Source: a bacterium
Lineage (GTDB): Bacteria > Hinthialibacterota > Hinthialibacteria > Hinthialibacterales > Hinthialibacteraceae
DNA length: 64,000 nt
Assembly (NCBI GenBank): GCA_041946805.1
Contig: JBHGBC010000001.1
Span: 96,001-160,000, forward strand
Reading direction: 5' to 3'
Under the pieces are notes generated by a model. It did no database searches. It had not been told where the DNA came from and was given only the letters and a program-made list of their open reading frames with translations. Positions 59,564-64,000 of the stretch are shown here, one piece after another; positions within the stretch are counted from its first letter, which is position 1, and every line of letters starts with the position of its first letter. The position numbers and the translations under genes were made by a program.

Positions 59564-62500
59564 GCGAGAACCGCGTGGAACGCTGTCCCTGCGCCTTGCG
59601 CTGGCCCGTCAATCCGGCCACGGACTTCTATTGCGGCTTTTGCGGGCGGCGGATGCGCGCCTTGGAGGCGGTTCCCCTTCCCAAGGTCCAAGCTCCCTGG
59701 ATCATGGGAGGTGAATTCCTGCAAGTCGATCTCGAGATCCGCAACACGGGCCTCGTGCCGCTGACCGTCACCGGCCTGGAGTGGGTCTCGCCCCGGCCGC
59801 CGGAGCCCGGGATTCTGGCCGCCGCGCTGCCCAATCCCCTGGCTTTGCCGCCCCAAACGGAGAGCCATGTCTCTCTGCGGGTGGCCATGATCCCCGAGGC
59901 CAAATCCCGGACGAAAATCGTCCTACAACTCCGCCTCGGGCCCGCTGACACCGGCCCGGGCCGCGTCCAGCTGAATCCCATCGAAATCCCCCTCGCGCCG
60001 CCGCCCCGCGTCGAAGTGTCCGGACTGCAAGAGGGGCGGATTCTCCCCGTGGAACGCCTGGAGGAAAGTTTCACCCTCTCCCTGACGGCCGCCGATCAGG
60101 ACATCATGCTGGCGGAGGAAAACCAGGTCGTCCTCAAGACGCGGGATGGGAAGGAAGAAGTCCCTCTCGATCCGGCGGTCCCGGTCTCCCTCCGCCTGCT
60201 GCGCTCCCGCCAGCCGGTGGAGTTCCAATTCTCCTCCCCGGCCGCGCTTTTCCCGGGCCAGACACGGGACCGGGACGTTTTCGTGGCGTTGCGGATCCAG
60301 GGTATGGCAACCCCCGTCCGGACGGATATCTTCACCCTGCGCAAACAGATCCCCGCCGAATTCACCCTGCAGTTGGAACTGCCCGACGGCATGACGCCGC
60401 GGGTGCTCAAGGGGTATCAGCGTTCGTTCGGCCTCCTCCTGCTCAACCGGAGCCCGCGGATTTTCTCTCTGCAAAAGATCACCGTCGACCTTCCGGCGTA
60501 TCTGCGCGAACAAGGTCTCCTGGCCCATGTGCTACCTGCACGGACACCGCCTTTCTTCGTCGAGAAAGTCAAACGGATCGAACTGGGAACCCTGGTGTTG
60601 AACACCGAACGTTGGTCGGGCGGCAGCACGCGCAGTGAGATCCGGATTACCGCCGAAGTGGAAAACGGCCCGGCGGTCCACACACCCTTGCCCATCCACA
60701 TCGTGGTCTCCCGGCCGGACTACAACCGCCCCCTGGGTATCGACTTCGGCAACACCAACACCTCGGCGGCGCATTTCGACGACCGCAATCTGCCCCTGGT
60801 GATTCCCCTCACCCCGCTGGTTCATTGGCCCAGTTTGCGCAATCAATCCATCAACCCCCACGTGGTGGCCACTCTCGTGCAATACGCGCCGGCCGGAGAC
60901 AGCGATAGCGATTGGACCGCCCAAAGCGTCCGGGTGGCCGATGTGGGCGAACCGGTCCGCGCCCGGATGAAGCAAAACCCCATCCACGGGCGGCGCGTGG
61001 TCAGCTTTTTCAAGCCGCGGATCGGCTTCGGCGAGGCGTACCGCTTCCCCTTGATGCCCGATGTCCGGAACAAAACCTTCGATTCCGTCACCGCCGACTA
61101 CCTCCAGCGTGTGTTGTTGGCCGTCGAGGAAGAAACCGGGCTGACCCACCGCCGCCTGGTGCTCACCCACCCCGTCCGCTTCTGGACCCGCCAGCGCGAA
61201 GCCTTGCGGGCGGCCCTGTTCCACGCCATCCGGGAGCGGAAGGAGGATCCGGAAGAGTGGACGGTCTCGTTTCTCGACGAGGCCACCGCCGTCATCCTGT
61301 ACCATACCATCGGCCGCTACGTGCTGGGCCATGCCGTCCCGGAGGAAGGACCGGCGGAACAGGAAACCGTCCTGGTTTTCGATTTCGGGGGCGGAACCAT
61401 CGACATGACGCTCTGCGAAGTCTCCCGCGATCTCGAAACCGGCCATTGTTTGATTCGCCATCTGGATTTCGACGGCACGGGGGAATTCGGCGGAGAACGG
61501 ATTACCGAATTGATCGCCCAGCGGCTCTACGAACGGGCCTGCGAGGCCGCCAACGGCCTTGAAAGCCCACGTCCAGGCGAATCTCCGGGCGCGGCCGTGG
61601 CTCTGCGGGAAAGTGGGGAAGAAATCTTCGGCGGGAAGAAAAAAAGCGGGAAATCCTCCGCGCCCGCCAAGTTTCACCATGCCGTGAACACCAAATCCGG
61701 CGCGGTGGTGATCCCCTACGGCCGCTGGGACGTGTATCCCACGGTATGGGACCAGCACACCAAAACCGCGATCGACAATTACGTCAAATTGTATTATGGA
61801 GCCGAGGATCTGAAAATCGACAGCCTCGATCCCAGCGAAAACGAAGCCGGCGATCCCGCGGTCTTCGATCAAATCGACCGGCAGTTTGAGGTCACCACCG
61901 TGCCGGCCAACGACAACCACGCGCCCCCGGTCCGGTTCTCGTTCCCGTACCGGTTCAAGAACGACCGGGACGGCTTGAAACAAGCCGTGCTGACCGGCCT
62001 GGAAGGGGCGCTGGAGATGGTCCGCAAAATGATCGGCCGCTTCCGCGAACGCGCGCGCCTCGAGGGAAATCCCCTTCCCCGCCTCTCCCGCGTGCTGATG
62101 AGCGGCCAATCGAGCCGCCTGCCCTTTATTCAGGAGGCCCTGCGGCAGGCGGTGCAAGAAGCCAACGAGGGGGAACCGGTCGAAGTGGAACTGCTGAATC
62201 CCCTGAAAGAAGCGGTGGCGCTGGGGGCCGCCATCTACGGCGCACTGGATGACCTGGCGCAGGTGGAGATGAACCGGTGCGGCCGGGTGCATATTTTTCT
62301 GCAAAAGCCTGGGGGCGCGATCGGGGCCGGCGCGTTTGTCCCGGTTTTCCGCCGCTTGTCTCCCCTGCCCGCCACCGTGATCTGTTCCTCGATAAACCAG
62401 GAAGGCGCCATTCATTATCCGTTGTATTACGGCATGCGGATCCGGGTGATCGAATCGTTTGTGGATCTCTCGGACCGGCGGGAACTCAATCAGGCGGTCC

Positions 62501-62712
62501 TCGATCAAGATTACCGGGTGTTGGCGGAGATCCCCGTGACTCCCCCCGGCTGGAATCACGGAGACATCCGCGGTGCGGCGTTGAAAATCACCTTCTCCGA
62601 GGATGAGCAAATCACCGTGACGCTTGTCCCCGGCGCTTCCACGGCATCCCGCGTCGAATCCGTCCGGATCTGGCCCCGCCCGGCTTCGGAGCCGCGCGGC
62701 CGGGCGGAATGA
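59560..62712 (+). CDS. Atypical Hsp70-family ATPase with an N-terminal Zn-ribbon and Ig-like domains
   Basis: CPC...CGFCG and LEIRNTG..PLTV (Ig-like). Hsp70 motifs LGIDFGNTNT, FKPRIG, LTHP, LDEATA, VFDFGGGTID, FGGERI, LMSGQSSRLP and EAVALGAA. Confidence 0.85.
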   Translation: MSENRVERCPCALRWPVNPATDFYCGFCGRRMRALEAVPLPKVQAPWIMGGEFLQVDLEIRNTGLVPLTVTGLEWVSPRPPEPGILAAALPNPLALPPQTESHVSLRVAMIPEAKSRTKIVLQLRLGPADTGPGRVQLNPIEIPLAPPPRVEVSGLQEGRILPVERLEESFTLSLTAADQDIMLAEENQVVLKTRDGKEEVPLDPAVPVSLRLLRSRQPVEFQFSSPAALFPGQTRDRDVFVALRIQGMATPVRTDIFTLRKQIPAEFTLQLELPDGMTPRVLKGYQRSFGLLLLNRSPRIFSLQKITVDLPAYLREQGLLAHVLPARTPPFFVEKVKRIELGTLVLNTERWSGGSTRSEIRITAEVENGPAVHTPLPIHIVVSRPDYNRPLGIDFGNTNTSAAHFDDRNLPLVIPLTPLVHWPSLRNQSINPHVVATLVQYAPAGDSDSDWTAQSVRVADVGEPVRARMKQNPIHGRRVVSFFKPRIGFGEAYRFPLMPDVRNKTFDSVTADYLQRVLLAVEEETGLTHRRLVLTHPVRFWTRQREALRAALFHAIRERKEDPEEWTVSFLDEATAVILYHTIGRYVLGHAVPEEGPAEQETVLVFDFGGGTIDMTLCEVSRDLETGHCLIRHLDFDGTGEFGGERITELIAQRLYERACEAANGLESPRPGESPGAAVALRESGEEIFGGKKKSGKSSAPAKFHHAVNTKSGAVVIPYGRWDVYPTVWDQHTKTAIDNYVKLYYGAEDLKIDSLDPSENEAGDPAVFDQIDRQFEVTTVPANDNHAPPVRFSFPYRFKNDRDGLKQAVLTGLEGALEMVRKMIGRFRERARLEGNPLPRLSRVLMSGQSSRLPFIQEALRQAVQEANEGEPVEVELLNPLKEAVALGAAIYGALDDLAQVEMNRCGRVHIFLQKPGGAIGAGAFVPVFRRLSPLPATVICSSINQEGAIHYPLYYGMRIRVIESFVDLSDRRELNQAVLDQDYRVLAEIPVTPPGWNHGDIRGAALKITFSEDEQITVTLVPGASTASRVESVRIWPRPASEPRGRAE

Positions 62713-62727
62713 AGGAGGAGCCCGCCG

Positions 62728-63762
62728 ATGGGCGTTTTGGCTGTCGATTTCTGCCAGGTTCCTCCCCAATGGGCGGACCACGAAGGCCGAACCGGCCAGG
62801 CGCAGGATGGCTGGTGGGGTATCCCGCGGAACGGCGGTATCGCCTGGGACCAGGACGTGGACTCAAAAAGAGATACCGAATCCAGCGGAGAGAAATCCTT
62901 CATCGCCCACCCGGCCCAGGCGGTGGATTCCATGCCTCCCGCGAGCGCCGGGACGGCCCTCTACCCCCTGTTCCGCCGTGTGTTCGCGGCCCGGCCGGGG
63001 AGTGGGGACGAGTGGCTGGTTTTATTGCTCCCGGCGGGCGCGTCTCCCGCCAGCGGAGCTTCCTTGCGGAACTCGGCGCGGCGGGCGGGATGGCCGGGCC
63101 CGGTTTTTCTCACGGACGGCGCGGTGGCGCTGGCCCTGGCCCACGCCTGGAAGAAATCCCGCGCGGCGGCCGTCTTCACCGTGCTGCGGGACCGGATCTT
63201 GGCCGTGGAAGGCTCCTTGATGACCGTCCACGCGAGTGGAAACACGTTGGCGGCGGAGTTGGTGTGCCAATGCCGCCGGGAGGATAAAAACGAAACGGTC
63301 CGCGTGATCCGGGAGACAGGATGGGATCCCGGCACGGTAATGGATGGCTCTTGCTTGGATCCTTCCCGCGGTTCTCTGGAGAACGTGGCCCGGATGATGA
63401 ACGAAACTCGCGGGGGGAAAGTGATATTGGAAATAAAAAGGATGGGTGTCTTGGGAACGCGCGCCCGGCAATGGGACTTGTGCCCCCTGATCGGCGAGGA
63501 CGCGCCCGTCACCGCCGCCCGGGAATACGAGCTCCAAGCCGGAAAAGACGCTCTGGCGGCCTTGGAATTTTGGTTTGGCTACAATGCGTCGGCCTTGCAC
63601 CCGCTCGCCGGAATCCGCTTGACCCGCGGCCGCCTGGATCCGGCCCCGGCCAAAGCGCGGTGCCGCGTGGTCCGGCGATTGAACGGCGATGTCCAGGTCA
63701 CGGCCGAATGGAACACCGGAAGCGAAAGCCGGGACCTTTCGTTTCCGATACTCTGGCTCTAA
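62728..63762 (+). CDS. Degenerate Hsp70/actin-fold-like protein
   Basis: AAGGAGG RBS. VLAVDF (phosphate-1 remnant) and LLLPAG...LRNSARRAGW...FLTDGAVALALA echo Hsp70 ITVPA...AGL...INEPTAAALA; C-terminal RLNGDVQVTA. Confidence 0.5.
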   Translation: MGVLAVDFCQVPPQWADHEGRTGQAQDGWWGIPRNGGIAWDQDVDSKRDTESSGEKSFIAHPAQAVDSMPPASAGTALYPLFRRVFAARPGSGDEWLVLLLPAGASPASGASLRNSARRAGWPGPVFLTDGAVALALAHAWKKSRAAAVFTVLRDRILAVEGSLMTVHASGNTLAAELVCQCRREDKNETVRVIRETGWDPGTVMDGSCLDPSRGSLENVARMMNETRGGKVILEIKRMGVLGTRARQWDLCPLIGEDAPVTAAREYELQAGKDALAALEFWFGYNASALHPLAGIRLTRGRLDPAPAKARCRVVRRLNGDVQVTAEWNTGSESRDLSFPILWL

Positions 63763-63774
63763 GGAGGGGGGATC

Positions 63775-64000
63775 TTGCGAGGCGATAATTCATACAGTTC
63801 GTTTTCCGGCGGTTCGCCATCTTATTCCAAACAGATGACCGACAAGCAATTTATTTTGGAGTACAGCGTCACTCCCAAGTCGTCCAAGTATCCCAACCTG
63901 TTATGGAAAGGATTTCAGGTCCTGACCGAGGAACGAGAAGACCATACGATCGAGTGCGCGCTTTCGGTGCCCCGGTTCATCAACAACCTCAAGGTCATCA
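63775..64000 (+). CDS. Next gene of the operon, 3' end outside the window (hypothetical)
   Basis: AAGGAGGGGG RBS, then TTG start (alternative ATG at 63835). Frame is open to the window end: ...MTDKQFILEYSVTPKSSKYPNLLWKGFQVL... Confidence 0.6.
   Translation, partial: MRGDNSYSSFSGGSPSYSKQMTDKQFILEYSVTPKSSKYPNLLWKGFQVLTEEREDHTIECALSVPRFINNLKVI

Overview
GC-rich bacterial chromosomal window with about 41 CDS. I found no rRNA, tRNA, CRISPR array or transposase. Housekeeping genes: a C-terminally truncated ispG, nadE, gyrB, dxr, proB, obgE, hemW, lepB and coaX. Also present: a modular secreted thermolysin (M4) protease; a CusCBA-type heavy-metal efflux locus with its own sigma-54 two-component system and a triple-YHS periplasmic protein (two sigma-54 promoters and candidate enhancer sites are visible in the DNA); nucleotide-sugar enzymes; and a ribose-family sugar ABC transporter. 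Many intergenic spaces carry mosaic REP-like palindromes from at least five families. Two loci stand out. (1) 34301-39283 is a divergent transamidation operon: a non-discriminating-type AspRS fused to GatC, a GatA lacking all three amidase triad residues, and a GatB lacking its conserved EEAxDYRYF segment. (2) 52795-64000 is a tightly coupled operon that runs off the window. It encodes a Cys-tipped beta-rich protein, a membrane-anchored vWA protein, a 3-TM protein, a ~1020-aa tubulin/FtsZ-like GTPase, a Zn-ribbon/Ig-like/Hsp70 ATPase and a second degenerate Hsp70-fold protein, and is a candidate NTP-driven membrane-remodelling or conflict system. All assignments come from motif recognition by eye; no searches were run.
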